A DNA stretch of 62,318 nt. Source: Octopus sinensis. Lineage: Eukaryota. The DNA lies in NCBI RefSeq assembly GCF_006345805.1, contig NW_021832237.1:1-62318 (forward strand), read 5' to 3'. A program made the position numbers and the translations under genes. Positions 12,834 to 25,373 of this stretch are shown piece after piece; the stretch's first letter is position 1; every line of letters starts with the position of its first letter. The notes below the pieces were generated by a model. It searched no databases. It was given only the letters and a program-made list of their open reading frames with translations, and had not been told where the DNA came from.

Positions 12834-12840
<7 letters not shown>
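12420..12840 (+). mobile_element. PLE pLTR-like fragment
   Basis: C-rich segment ending in a hammerhead motif and AT-rich terminus, arranged as in the other PLE ends in this window. Confidence 0.4.
12747..12784 (+). ncRNA. Type I hammerhead motif with U3-A8 covariant core
   Basis: CAG-UUGAAAA-GGUC UCAAAAU GACC-GAA-ACCGGU-A-CUG; all three stems pair. Confidence 0.6.
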
Positions 12841-12891
<51 letters not shown>

Positions 12892-12910
12892 TATAATATA
12901 TATATATATA

Positions 12911-13100
12911 CTAGCAGCTAACTCCGGTTTCACCCGGTCGGTTTTGATGAAGTGGCTGTAAAACTAGCTCTGTGTAAGCATTCGACTTGTTTGGGTACGC
13001 TTACGGTAAAAAACAATTTTAGAATGACTTTTTTCTGTCAAAACGCTAAAGATAACTGACCAAAAAAAACCCACTAATATTCAACCAAATCAAAAAATAA
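12911..13100 (-). mobile_element. Helitron-like 3' terminus
   Basis: A|CTAG after (TA)n with subterminal hairpin ccggtttcacccgg; far boundary uncertain. Confidence 0.4.
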
Positions 13101-13269
13101 ACCCTAATACTAAGTATTAGGCTTACAAAGAATAAGTCCTAGAGGTGATTTGTTCCACTAAAGGTGAATAAAAGAATATATACATACAAATACATATGTT
13201 TAAAAAGCTGTTAAAAAATATAGAATGACATAATTCGTCGGAGAGGAAGTATTGTGTAAAGGCTTTCGA

Positions 13270-13302
<33 letters not shown>

Positions 13303-13352
13303 CTATTTGTATGTGCGCATGAGTGTGTGTGTGCGCGCGTGCATGTGTGATA

Positions 13353-13612
13353 GCACGTGGTCTACTGGTTAGACTGTTGCACTTACGATTGCTAGATCGT
13401 GGGTTCGAATCCCGAGCCGGGCGGTGCGTCGTGTTCTTAAGGAAAACATTTCATTTCACGTTGTTCCAATTCACTCAGTTGTAAATGAGTAACCTACGGC
13501 GGAATAGTCTTCCAATTCGGAGGATGGTTGGCCTGTTCACCTAGCCAGCGGATTGGCATCAGTCGAAGGCTAAAACAATGCGAAGTGCATTGTGACCAAC
13601 GATTGTCTGATC
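13353..13612 (+). mobile_element. tRNA-derived SINE, family C
   Basis: A-box-like gtggtctactggttag and B-box gggttcgaatccc; body shared with 1061-1213 and 23705-23937. Confidence 0.8.
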
Positions 13613-13704
13613 AGTACTGTGATATTATGTGTGTCCGTGTGTCCGTAAATATCGAACGATGAGAATGAGTTCTCAACACCGATTGGTGGATAAGGATTCC
13701 TAAA

Positions 13705-13732
13705 AGTATATAATATATATATATATATAATG

Positions 13733-13767
<35 letters not shown>

Positions 13768-13805
13768 TATATGTGTGTGTGTGTATATATATATATTATT
13801 ATAAT

Positions 13806-13847
<42 letters not shown>

Positions 13848-13906
13848 GTAGATATAATATATATATGTATATATATATATATATATATGTATATATAGAT
13901 ATATAT

Positions 13907-13940
<34 letters not shown>

Positions 13941-13966
13941 GTTATATATTATATATATATATATAA

Positions 13967-14005
<39 letters not shown>

Positions 14006-14091
14006 TATAGATATATATGTATATATATAGTTTTATATATAATCTATAGTATATATATATATATATATGTATTATATATAGTATATAATAT

Positions 14092-14126
<35 letters not shown>

Positions 14127-14173
14127 ATATATATATATATATATTATATATGTATATATAATATTATATATAT

Positions 14174-14206
<33 letters not shown>
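13705..14206. repeat. ~500-bp degenerate (TA)n tract
   Basis: Direct reading. Confidence 0.95.
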
Positions 14207-14460
14207 GGGTGTATGGTTTAGTGATTAAGGTGTGCGCTTACGTTGCTTACAATTACCTCGACACCTGACGCGTGGTACACCGTGCACTTGTCTAGATAAG
14301 GCCGATTTGATGGAGAGACTGAGCTAATGTGCCGCACGGACATTTGATCACTGTAAACAAATAATTTGCGCAGGTTCTTCGGCAAAAGCTGAACGCTCAT
14401 GCGCCGTCCTTGATGGGAGGGTCCATCATATGAACTGAAAATCGACGTAAATATGAACAT
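14207..14460 (+). mobile_element. SINE-like repeat, family D (degenerate tRNA head)
   Basis: A-box-like tggtttagtgattaagg, B box missing, GC-richer body; only one copy in the window. Confidence 0.4.
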
Positions 14461-14856
14461 CAAAGCAAAAAGATTTCGTTTACTGCATTACAAGATCACA
14501 GTGCAATCACAATATGTTGCCCAAACGAAACCGAAATAAATACACCGGAGTACGATACGCAAGCAACAAGTTAAATATTCATCTCTTAGAAATATTCCAT
14601 GTAGTGAACTTGTTGGTATTTCTGCAAATGGAAAATTCAAAACATCACCAGACGGATGCTGGGGCGAATTTCCGTAGCTTTCTGATATTGTGTTTTAACA
14701 CAGCAAGTCTTCAAGAGATGTTATCTCAAGAGAAAAACCGCAGTAAATGACCTATCAATAGTGTTTATCCATTAAATGTATTAGATGAATATAGATGGAT
14801 ATATACATGCATACGACACACGCGCGTGCACACACACACACACACACACACACATG

Positions 14857-14925
<69 letters not shown>

Positions 14926-15185
14926 AATCGTGCTCTATGCAACTGTATTATGAATGTAAAATTTAACAGTAGTGTGTGAAAATATTTCAATAAATATATT
15001 AGCACATGTGCCCATTTTGTGTTTTTGTCTTTGGACAGAAAGATCACGGCTTCTGAAGAAAGCAAATAAAGCTGACAGTAAAGTCAGTTCGCTCGCTATT
15101 TTTTCCTTACGTTTTGCATAGAGATACTAGTAAAATAGATACGTTTTTATGAGTCTCTGTATGTATTTATACAACCTTAGATATA

Positions 15186-15418
15186 TATTTCTTTATTGCC
15201 CACAGGAGGCTAAACATAGAGGGGACAAACAAGGACAGACAAACGGATTAAGTCGATTATATTGACCCTAGTGCGTAACTGGTACTTAATTTATCGACCC
15301 CGAAAGGATGAAAGGCAAAGTCGACCTCGGCGGAATTTGAACTCAGAATGTAACGGCAGACGAAATACGGCTACGCATTTCGCCCGGCGTGCTAACGTTT
15401 CTGCCAGCTCGCCGACTT
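15186..15418 (-). mobile_element. tRNA-derived SINE, family A, tail type 1
   Basis: Full head ggcgagctggcagaa, core ccgaggtcgactttgcctttcatcctttcggggtcgataaattaagtaccag, tail ...cccttgtgggtagtaaagaaata. The core resembles, from memory, the Deu/Nin-type SINE body. Confidence 0.9.
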
Positions 15419-15952
15419 TGAAACTGTCAATTCTGATATCACGTATATTAACTCAGTTGCAGTTTCGATTCACTAAGTTCCAACAAACCAGCCAGAATAC
15501 TAAAACAATCGTACTGAATTGTAAATTATGAATATATTTATATTGTATGTTTTATGATGTGAACTGAATTAAATATGCATGCATAATTATAATATATTAT
15601 CTTGTAAATCTTTTTGTGGATAGAAATTTACCATAGAATAATTAATAATAAATACTTCCATTAATAGACATTAAATAGGCAAAAATAAACCAGCTGTACT
15701 AAAAACAGTGGACTTTGAATCCTCTCTGCCACTGTTTACAAAAAAATTCACAAAATGAGGTAATTTAGTACAAAAAGCCTTAAATATTATCTGAAACAAG
15801 AATTTACTTACTGGATGTATGATGGTGATTCATCAAGACAGGCTTATTTGTCATATAAAAACCTACAAAATGTTAATGCTTGTGGTTAATCTAATTAAAT
15901 ACTAAATAGTGCACGAAATAACTTACAAAGTTACTATATTTTAGCTAAGGTA

Positions 15953-16183
15953 GGGCGGCGAGCTGGCAGAAACGTTAGCACGCCGGGCGAAATGCGTAGC
16001 CGTATTTCGTCTGCCGTTACGTTCTAAGTTCAAATTCCGCCGAGGTCGACTTTGCCTTTCATCCTTTCGGGGTTGATAAACTAAGTACCAGTTACTCACT
16101 GGGCTCGATGTAATCAACTTAATCCGTTTGTCTGTCCTTGTTTGTCCTCTTTGTGTTTAACCCCTTGTGGGTAGTAAAGAAAT
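15953..16183 (+). mobile_element. tRNA-derived SINE, family A, tail type 1
   Basis: Near-identical inverted partner of 15186-15418. Confidence 0.9.
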
Positions 16184-16800
16184 AGAATTGACAGTTTCAT
16201 GTGCATAGGTTCCGAAATGCATACTCCCATAAAGTTGTCTTTTGCATATTTGTTTTTTACTCTTTATTATAAAATCATGTTCTTTTGCAGATTTTGTTAT
16301 ATGTTACGAGATATTCAAAACAGAAAATTTACCATTAGCAATACTGGTATATACGGAAGCACAGAAGCTGCATAAACTATTAAAGAATTCCCATAGAGTC
16401 AATATTATGACTATGATTCTCAGCACATCGAATGGCTTTTGTGCCCTGCATCATCTTATTACCACTTAAGTACTGATAGCAATTCATGCCACTGTTGATC
16501 TGTACCAAAGCATTGTAAAGTTCAAATTACTGTCCAACTGGAGGCTCCAATAAAAGATGAATTACGTAGAGGTTAGAATACACAACCATTATTTTGGTAT
16601 TATCTCTGTAACAACCTGTATTATTGCCAAAACAACACACGCAGACACGTTCTGTCATTCATGTGCATATACAAGCACCTTATCTCTCTCTCTCTCTCTC
16701 TCTCTCTGACTTTCCCTCTCCCTCTTTCTTTTCTTTTTTCTAATGTACACTCATTAAAATAGCATCATTCTTGTTTCATTCATTATCGCATGCGTATGCT

Positions 16801-17011
16801 GGTTTCAAATTTCGATACAAGGTCAGCAATTTCGGAGGAGAGGTTTAGTTGATTACATCGACCCCAGTGTTTAACTGGTACTTATTTTATCGACTCCGAA
16901 AGTATGAATGGCGATGTCAACCGCGATGGGATTTGAACTCAGAAGGTAAGGACGGACGAAACAGAGCTTTGCATTTTGCCCGGCGCGGTAATGATTCTGC
17001 CAACACGCCGC
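16801..17011 (-). mobile_element. SINE family A (diverged), with TSD ttatcgcatgcRtat
   Basis: Family A core; TSD at 16783-16797 and 17013-17027. Confidence 0.8.
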
Positions 17012-17028
17012 TTTATCGCATGCATATA

Positions 17029-17183
17029 TTCTTTTCTACTCTAGGCACAAGGCCCGAAATTTTGGCGGAGGGGGGCAGTAGATTAAATCTACCCCAGTAC
17101 GTAACTGGTACTTAATTTATCGACCCTGAAAGGATGAAGGGCAAAGTCGACCTCGGCGGAAATTGAACTCAGAACGTAAAGAC
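17029..17183 (-). mobile_element. SINE family A, tail type 2, 5' truncated
   Basis: Core plus tail aaatttcgggccttgtgcctagagtagaaaagaa on the minus strand. Confidence 0.85.
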
Positions 17184-17254
17184 CGCGCATGCATGTCTTT
17201 AGAAGTAGCAAGACGAAAGAGTTACGAAGTTCACTTCACAATTATTAGTTTTGG

Positions 17255-17365
17255 GAGGACAGCGAGCTGGCAGAAATGGGGTCGATAAATTAAGTACCAG
17301 TTGTGTACTGGGTCGATCTAATTCCCCCAAAATTTCGGGCCTTGTGATTAGAGTAGAAACGAATT
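17255..17365 (+). mobile_element. SINE family A with internal deletion
   Basis: Head gcgagctggcagaaa joined directly to ggggtcgataaattaag. Confidence 0.75.
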
Positions 17366-18158
17366 ATTTGTTTTGGGGGTGTTGTTCCGGCTCTTGACAT
17401 TTTGAGTTCAAAACCAGCCGTGTTCGATATAACATTTTATTTTCTTCAATAAAATAAAGCACTGACAAATACCAGGGTCGTTGGTACTGATTTCCTTTCC
17501 TCCCCATCAAAATTACTTACCCAACATGCTTACATCACGACATGTTGGGTAACTGTATTTTATCATTGTCTTGAGTTAACTCGAGACAAACAAGTGAAAT
17601 TATATTGATGGAAATTATTGTATAGGTTATACCTTTACTTCAAAGATTCATCCTTGCTATACACTCGTCATATTGATTCTGAATGATTACGTAAGCGTGC
17701 AGTGGGGAAAGATACCCGTTTCTGTAGAAAAAAAAAACTCTTTTTTTATACAGTAATACACGAAGCTTGCAATTCAGTTTTCGAACGATTGAATACTCAT
17801 CGTACCAACCTACAGAGAACTCTTTCTATTATTTACATTAAAACTAACGTTTCTTAGTTTTGTCATAATTTATGTTGATGATGTTGTTGTTGGCGGTGCA
17901 GCTGCTGCAGTTAATGTTACAATTGTTGATATTCTTTCTATAACTGTTCCCAATACACAAGAGATTTCTATATTCTTTGCCCTCCTCCGAAAGATGACGT
18001 TAGCGTTATTATGAGAGTCCTCTTCTACTGCTACTACTATAGCTATGTCGAACTCCTACTGTGAGGACCGAACGAAATACAAATGACAAAATTCCCATCC
18101 TAACGAGAAATTAACTTATGTGTGTTTGTATGCGTATGTGTTATATGTGTATATATAT

Positions 18159-18218
<60 letters not shown>

Positions 18219-18248
18219 TATATATAAATATATATATATATATAAATG

Positions 18249-18291
<43 letters not shown>

Positions 18292-18837
18292 ACACGCACA
18301 CATACACACTATATATATAAGTATATGTATATATGAGTGTATATATTTATGCATATATACATGCATGTATATATATGCATATTTATAAATGTATATGTGT
18401 ATATATATATATGTGTGTATATATATGTATGTATACACGTGTATATGTATGCATATATGTATATATACATGTATGTACATACATAAATATACATATATGT
18501 ATATATGTATATATATGTGCGTGTGTGTGTGTGTTCAGTTCTTTCCGTGTTCCTTGTTATAATGAAATGATAATAGAATACAACAAATCTAACAGGCGTT
18601 AACGAAACCAAATATTATAAAATGTCAAATGCGTGCTGTTTTAACACACATCTTCCCGCAGTCAAATCCATCAACAAAAGCAACAACAATGGCAAGAACA
18701 AAACTACTATCTTAGCAGCAGATTTTCTCTTTGTTGCACAATATTTCCTCAATACTACTATAAAATATATAATGGTGTTTCATCGATATCGACGATGTCT
18801 GTTCCAAATTTTCGATCAACAAAACATCTAGTTCATT

Positions 18838-18920
18838 GAATTTTGGGGGAATTAGATCGATTCCAGTACGCAACTGGTACTTAATTTATCGACCCCGTTT
18901 CTGCCAGCTCGCCGCCCTCC
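18838..18920 (-). mobile_element. SINE family A with the same internal deletion (part of an inverted duplication)
   Basis: Same deletion junction as 17255-17365. Confidence 0.75.
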
Positions 18921-19352
18921 CAAAGCTAATAATTGTGAAGTGAACTCCGTAAGTCTTTCGTCTTGCTATTTCTACAGCTTTAATATATGCATGCGATTTC
19001 TTTACGTTCTGAGTATTCCTAAGACGTAAGTATTCTTAATGTAATTCTTAGGGATAATCAACGTGTTACAGTGTATAACAAGGTTGGTCCTTTGAATTAC
19101 GTATACAATCAAACCGACGAACTTCCGTTGACCCACTTTCGCACACAAGGATCGGCTGGACTCGTGGCCATTAAAAAAATCATTTGATCAACGTACTAGG
19201 CACTGGGACTTAACTCGAGACCTTATGATTGCAATGCAACTTTCTCAACCGATTGGACATGGTTGGAGCACATCACCTATGCTGCGTGCTATGATTACTC
19301 CGAAAAACCTGCACTGAATGAAAGAGTGCGGCGAATTTGTAATATTATTATT

Positions 19353-19565
19353 AAGGCGGTGAGCTGGCAGAATCGTTAGCACGCCGGCTAAGTGCCCAGC
19401 GATATTTCGCCAGTCGCTACATTCTGAGTTCAAATTCCACCGAGGTCGACTTTACCTTTTATCCTTTCGGGGTTGATAAATTAAGTACCAGCGAAACACT
19501 AGAGTCGATGTAATCGACTGGTCCCCTCCCGCAAATTTCAGGCATTAAGCCTAGAGTAGAAAGGA
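19353..19565 (+). mobile_element. SINE family A, tail type 2
   Basis: Full-length head, core and tail. Confidence 0.85.
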
Positions 19566-19603
19566 TTATTATTATTAGTAGTAGTAGTATGTTTATCTTT
19601 ATT

Positions 19604-20134
19604 GAGTGAAAGAGTAGTGCATACCATCAAAGTGACACTGGGGCAAAATTTACGAAACCCAGTATATCCATCATGACATGTATCATAACCATATGTACAT
19701 GACATGAACATGGTGATCTCATAGCAAGATAAACAGCGCATGACCTTGCAGGTGGAGCCTAGTTACGATTGTCTTCAGGTCAAGTAGCCCATCTCGCTCA
19801 AAAGGTCCCTGAATAAGGTTTCTTTAAGGATGATGAACGAAACATCCATGTTTCCTGAGGTGAATTATTCAAACCCCAAAGAATTAATCTCAGTACATGA
19901 CTATGATGCTCTCCATCTGCTTCTGCTCGTGATCAGAAATACACACATCGTCAGCCAATAAGGGATATGCTTAACTGGTTACAGTCAAGCATCTGACAAG
20001 CAAATCTGTGGTATTGAGCAGAATATTTGCTGTAGTCCATCTTTTATACCAGGATAAAAGATGTATATAATAACATTTCCAATCAGTTTAAATCAAAAGC
20101 CATAACGGGCCAGTGTTTGGCACAGCATCAGAGC
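19604..20134 (-). mobile_element. ~550-bp non-coding TAA-associated element (diverged copy)
   Basis: Homologous over its full length to 53062-53615; bounded by TAA/TAG triplet repeats. Confidence 0.8.
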
Positions 20135-20135
20135 G

Positions 20136-20189
<54 letters not shown>

Positions 20190-20207
20190 GTAGTAGTAGT
20201 ATTATTA

Positions 20208-20980
20208 GCATCTTCTTTCAATTCTGTTTACATTTCTTGCCGAGTGTCTTCCTGACACCTAGGACAGAGACCTACTATATACATTGGTAGTCCATTAAAA
20301 CAAACATACCAGATTGTTCATTTACAAAGTCATGTGATAGAGAAGAGAAAGACAGAGAGAAAAAGGAAAATTAAACATAAAAAGAAAACAAATAAAGGGG
20401 GAAAAAGAAAGAAACATCACAGCTGCAATGCTCTTCTCAATACGTGTAGCGTACAAGTAAAGACAATCTTTTGCACTTCCTGCATAGATGGTAAGCGAGG
20501 GATCATTCTTAGATAATTTTCAGTTCCTTTTTTGATCGTTCCAAGTACACCTACAATCACCGGTGTTGTAACCGTCTTGAGATGCCACATCTTCTCGATT
20601 TCGATCAGCAAATCTTTATATTTTCTGAGCTTATCAAATTCTTTTGCCGAAACATTATGGTCACAGGGTATGATCATGTCAATCAATAAACAGACTTTAT
20701 TGCTTTTGCCTTTCACAACAATATCTGGTTTATTTGTTTTGATGGTCCTGTCCATACAGACTAGAAAGTTCCAAAGAAACGTTGCATTTTCTTCCTCAGT
20801 TACAGCCTCAGGGTGGTGCTTGTACTATTTGTCAGCAGTTTTGATTTTATAAAGCCAACACACCATCCAATGTAGATATTGGCCGACTTTGTCATGTCTT
20901 GATTTATACTCTACAGGTGCTAAAACCTTACATCCAAAGATTAGGTGGTCGACTGTTTCTATCCCATCGTTGCATTTACC
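20208..20980 (-). mobile_element. R4/Dong-clade retrotransposon 3' fragment
   Basis: CNDGIETVDHLIFGC (CCHC), RHDKVGQYLHW, NKPDIVVK...LLIDM...KLRKYKDL (restriction-like endonuclease), 3' UTR and (TAA)n tail. Confidence 0.9.
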
Positions 20981-21053
20981 ATTCTTACAGGAAGTGCAAA
21001 AAATCGTGTTAACTGGAACGACTCATGTACTGAGAAGAGCATTATCGCTGTGA
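20978..21053 (+). pseudogene. Inverted R4/Dong ORF C-terminus
   Basis: Plus frame PFLQEVQKIVLTGTTHVLRRALSL*, homologous to the minus-strand end QEVQKIVFTCTLHVLRRALQL*. Confidence 0.75.
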
Positions 21054-21111
21054 AAACAACATCCATTCATGAATTTATTTATTCATTATTTTTTTAATAC
21101 ATATTATTATC

Positions 21112-21143
<32 letters not shown>

Positions 21144-23326
21144 CGTCGTTATTATTTTTATTGTTGTTGTTGTTCTGGCTATTTTTATTACTTCTCTGCA
21201 TTAACTGTTTCGTCTTAATTAAGCACTTTAGTAAAGACGAAACCCTTCGTAATTCAACAAACATAGCGTATGATTTTTTCGGGTTTAGTCCTGATTTGGT
21301 GATGAATTCTCCTTTTTCATTGGATGCTAATCATTCTCATTTTCGTTGATATGATTATAGAAAATCTACTTTTCACTACTTGAGATGACTGTACCCAGGA
21401 AAGTTTCGGTAGCAAGCCTACCCTTCAGTTCTTTCATTAAACTAAGAAGCAGTCAGGTGAGGGACTTACTAAATTTAGACACATTTCCTAGTTCACGAAT
21501 GTATTTTATGATCGAAGTGTGACTTCAGTTGAACTGTTTTGTTAATATTCGAGCTGTTAGCTTTGAATTTTCCTCAAAAACGGTTTTCAGATGTTTATTA
21601 TAGACCGAACTTGACGTCCAAATCAAGGAGATTCTGCGAGAGACAAATTTCTCCCAGCAAAAACCATCGATGGCCAAACCATTGTTTGCGTGTCTGGACA
21701 CTTAATGTTTTATTTATTTTCATTGCAAGAGTTAATATTTATCGCTGCTTACATTGCTGAAGGGCCCCTTTTGAATTCATATAGTATACAATGTCTAATA
21801 TGGGTCTGATTTAAACTCATTTTAAAAGGCTAAGATTGATACGAATTTAAACACTATGGTACACAGTAATCTGCCAAGAAAGAACATTAGTATGTAAAAA
21901 TCTACGCAAATTTTACTTTAACTATTGAAAAACTACCCTCAAATGGACCATATAAAAAGTGCTTTCATTTTGACATAATAACATTATCTTGAAATGTCAA
22001 AACGTTTCCTCATGCCGCTACTTCGTAGTCACTGATTCAATTTCTCTGAATCAAATACAATATCTTTCTTTCAAAGTATAAATTTCATTTACAAAATTGA
22101 AAATATTCTGTTATAGTATTGTGGAAACAGAATGTGCTGAGTCAGATCTGAGCCTGCGTGGCACCTTCGATACCTGATAGAACGTAATCTTTTCTTAAGT
22201 CGCCACTATTCTTCTGCGAGACATGTGCGTACGAATTGCATTTTTCATGTAAGTCTAGGAGATAATTATAATTGCATTTATGAAATGTGTGTGCGTTTGT
22301 TTATTTGTGTTGTTGTTGTTAATGGTTGAATCTGATATTAAAACATGTTGTTTTGTTTATATCTAAACCGCTTATACTGCACAATAATAAGAGAGGGCGT
22401 TTTATGACAATTGCTTCAGTGTATGTTTTAATGAATATACTGACACTTCTTATTCACATTCACCAGAGACATTCCCTCAAACATTTTGTTACAAAAGTAA
22501 GACTTCCAAATTATGAACAACAACATTTTGGAGTCACAAAGGTGCCATCTGTGTTGTATTTTACTTTATATACCCCTCGGGTTCAATTAATTAAACAAAT
22601 TAAATTCTCAGATATTTAGTTTTATCCTCGCCTCGTTTTTTATTCTCCTCATCTTCCTTTCACTCGTGAATGTATGTATGTATGTATGTATGTATGTATG
22701 TATGTATGTATGTATGTATGTATGTATGTATGTATGTGTTTATGTAGTCAAGTGTATGTGTATGTAAAAAGGCGTTGTCTTCTTTACAGCTTGATTTGAT
22801 TCAAATTTATCAAAATGTCTTTTGGCAAAGGAATCTTTTTAACGCTTTTGTTTGATGACACGAAGAAAACTGTCTTTGGAATGTCCTCTAGCTTTTGTCA
22901 GTAGCTGATTTCTAGATCCAAAATCATAAATTCAACTACTTTCATTAATATCATCATCATCATCATCATCATCAACACCACCACCACCACCACCTCCACC
23001 ACCACCACCGCTAACACCACCGCTACCACCACCACCACCACCACCACATACTATCTGTAATCATTATTTTGATACTTCCGTTCAGAAACTATGGGAATCG
23101 ATATCAACTTGCGTGACCTCTTGGCTGGAAGTGCCTTCCTTCCCCTTCTGTAATACATATACAGGCATCTTCAAATGCTCCATCTATATACGTTGCACTT
23201 GCCTATTTATCTCTAATTGTCGATTCATAATTCCATGACAGCGATCATTTTGATTGTACCTCCATCAATCTCATACATTGCAACGCGCATAACCTCTGCA
23301 CATTCTTCTAGCGTTTTAGAATCTAA

Positions 23327-23474
23327 AAATCGTGGGCAAATGGCGGCCCTCTGGAATTTTTGAATGGCACACCTAATGAAAAATGATCTTGAATATACTT
23401 TTAGTAGTGTGACCCGCCTGATCATAATTCATATCTCATGCAGCCCAATTCTCGAAAAAGGTTGCCCATACTTG
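23327..23474. mobile_element. hAT-type MITE (degenerate)
   Basis: Termini CAAGTATGGGCAAC / ...GTGGGCAAAT with subterminal GGCGGCCC and GCGGGTCAC motifs typical of hAT MITEs; no clear 8-bp TSD. Confidence 0.5.
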
Positions 23475-23704
23475 CTTTAAATGCTCTAGTCCAATTTGTT
23501 GCACTTCTTCCTTCAGCTCCAATAGCAAGCTCACAGCCAGCCCTAAACCCAATTTAATATTACAAACTACTTTCATTCTCCAGCAGTCTCCAACATTCAG
23601 GTTTACTGTTATAAATATGACCTCTGTAAATCTTTATACGATAATTAAACTGGGCGTTCTGGTTATGGTGTCCATTAGCACTTTCACGACATATAGGCAA
23701 AGTT

Positions 23705-23937
23705 ACCTTCTCGAGTCACCCCGACTCATAAGGGCCGGTTTCTTGCTTTCATGGAGAATAAATTCCCCATCTAGACGGAACGCCGGTCCGTTGCAGGATT
23801 ACTCGTTTTTGCCTGTTTATTGGACTGGAGCAACGTGAAATGAAGTGTTTAGCTCAAGAACACAAATCGTCGTCCGGTCCAGGAATCGAAACCACAATCT
23901 TACAATCACGAGTCCAGCATCCTAACCAGTAATCCAT
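23705..23937 (-). mobile_element. tRNA-derived SINE, family C
   Basis: Reverse complement has tggattactggttagg ... ggtttcgattcc and the shared body. Confidence 0.75.
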
Positions 23938-25064
23938 GCACCTTCACTTCATGACATATGCAACCACACCTAAACAACTTCAAATGTCGGAATTAGTAAT
24001 TTCAATTCGCCAAGCAGCTTTTCCTACCACCTGTCAGTTTGCGGTGTCACTTTACATAACGATTAGACTACTGCTCTTAAAAACAAGGAAAGAAATATCA
24101 TGTTTAATCTGGTCACTTTCTCACCCACAGATATCAACATTCCTCCTTTTCGTAGTCCACCTCGACCCCCGTATCATCTTCTGTTTCAAGTACAAGATAT
24201 GTAGTAGAAGCGGGTGGTAATGCTCTTCTCCACTCTCCTCTGCATGTCCTCATAATTTGGAGATCTTATACTTGAGGCAAAATATTTCAGATGTCGACAA
24301 TAAATGTGAAAGAAGCAATATCAGTAGTTTCAATAAAATGTACACTTACGTTATTGCCACAAACCACCTTGCCCTGTATTGTGCAGCATCAACTTTATTT
24401 AGAAATAAAGCAACTAATTTGATTTCCGCATTCAAATATCATAAATGAAATGTTTGCGCGCTCGCAAGCACAAACACACACATAAATGCAATTATAATTA
24501 TCTCTAACATACGCATGAAGAATACACTTTGTATGTACATGTCTTGTCAAATAAGACTCCCCCTTTATTTGTTTCCCTTTTATGTTTTACTTTATATCTA
24601 ATAAGGTGTTGAAACTGAACTGTAGAAGCAATACTGAATCATTTAATATCAACTTATATCTCGATTGAGTAATGTTTTCCTAATACTTTAAAGAACATTT
24701 TCAATTTTTCTGCTTAATTATAAGCATATGAATACATGGTTTGTTACATTTATGCATGTATCATTTGCTCATGTGTGTGGCTATGTATGATTGCGTAGAT
24801 ATATATTTTTTATGTGTATATTTACGTATAAATACAAATGTATTGCGTAGATATGTATATTTACATATAAATACAAATACGAACGTGAGTCTATAGTTGT
24901 ATATGTATCCATATGCATAAAAGAATCACTAAGAAAATACAGGTATGCATAGTTCTGTGAGTGTATAAAACCGCTTACATAACTATGTACTTAGGTACAT
25001 GCGCGTGTGTGTTTGTGTATTTACACATCCATGCATGTAGATGTATAGGCATGTAAAATTAATC

Positions 25065-25265
25065 CAAACATGTAAACAAAGAGAAAACACAACAACGCTA
25101 GGACGTGGAACAGGTATAGTGTCATTGGACGGTCAGGAAAAGAAAGAAAGAAGGAAGATTTAACGTTTCGAGCAGAGCTCTTCGTCAGAAGCCTAGAAAA
25201 GGGCAAGATTTAAGGAAGGGAAGACTGAGGAAAAAAATCGCCAACAATGCACACGCGGTCACATA
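25065..25265 (-). mobile_element. PLE terminus fragment with hammerhead motif (25157-25193)
   Basis: Homologous to 31385-31590; GGCUU-CUGACGA-A-GAGC UCU GCUC-GAA-ACGU-U-AAAUC. Confidence 0.65.
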
Positions 25266-25296
25266 TTGAATGTGTCACATATAGGCATGTATGTAC

Positions 25297-25373
<77 letters not shown>

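Noticed and set aside
13353-13430. tRNA-like sequence with A and B boxes
   Set aside because: No complete cloverleaf; it continues into a SINE body repeated elsewhere. The same applies to the family A and B heads, so no tRNA genes are called.
17517-17552. 12-bp perfect inverted repeat (ttacccaacatg/catgttgggtaa)
   Set aside because: Short and isolated, with no associated structure; not interpretable.
24131-24204. Strong acceptor (ctttctcacccacag) followed by DINIPPFRSPPRPPYHLLFQ
   Set aside because: No good donor, and the opposite strand resembles a decayed RTE; cannot support an exon.
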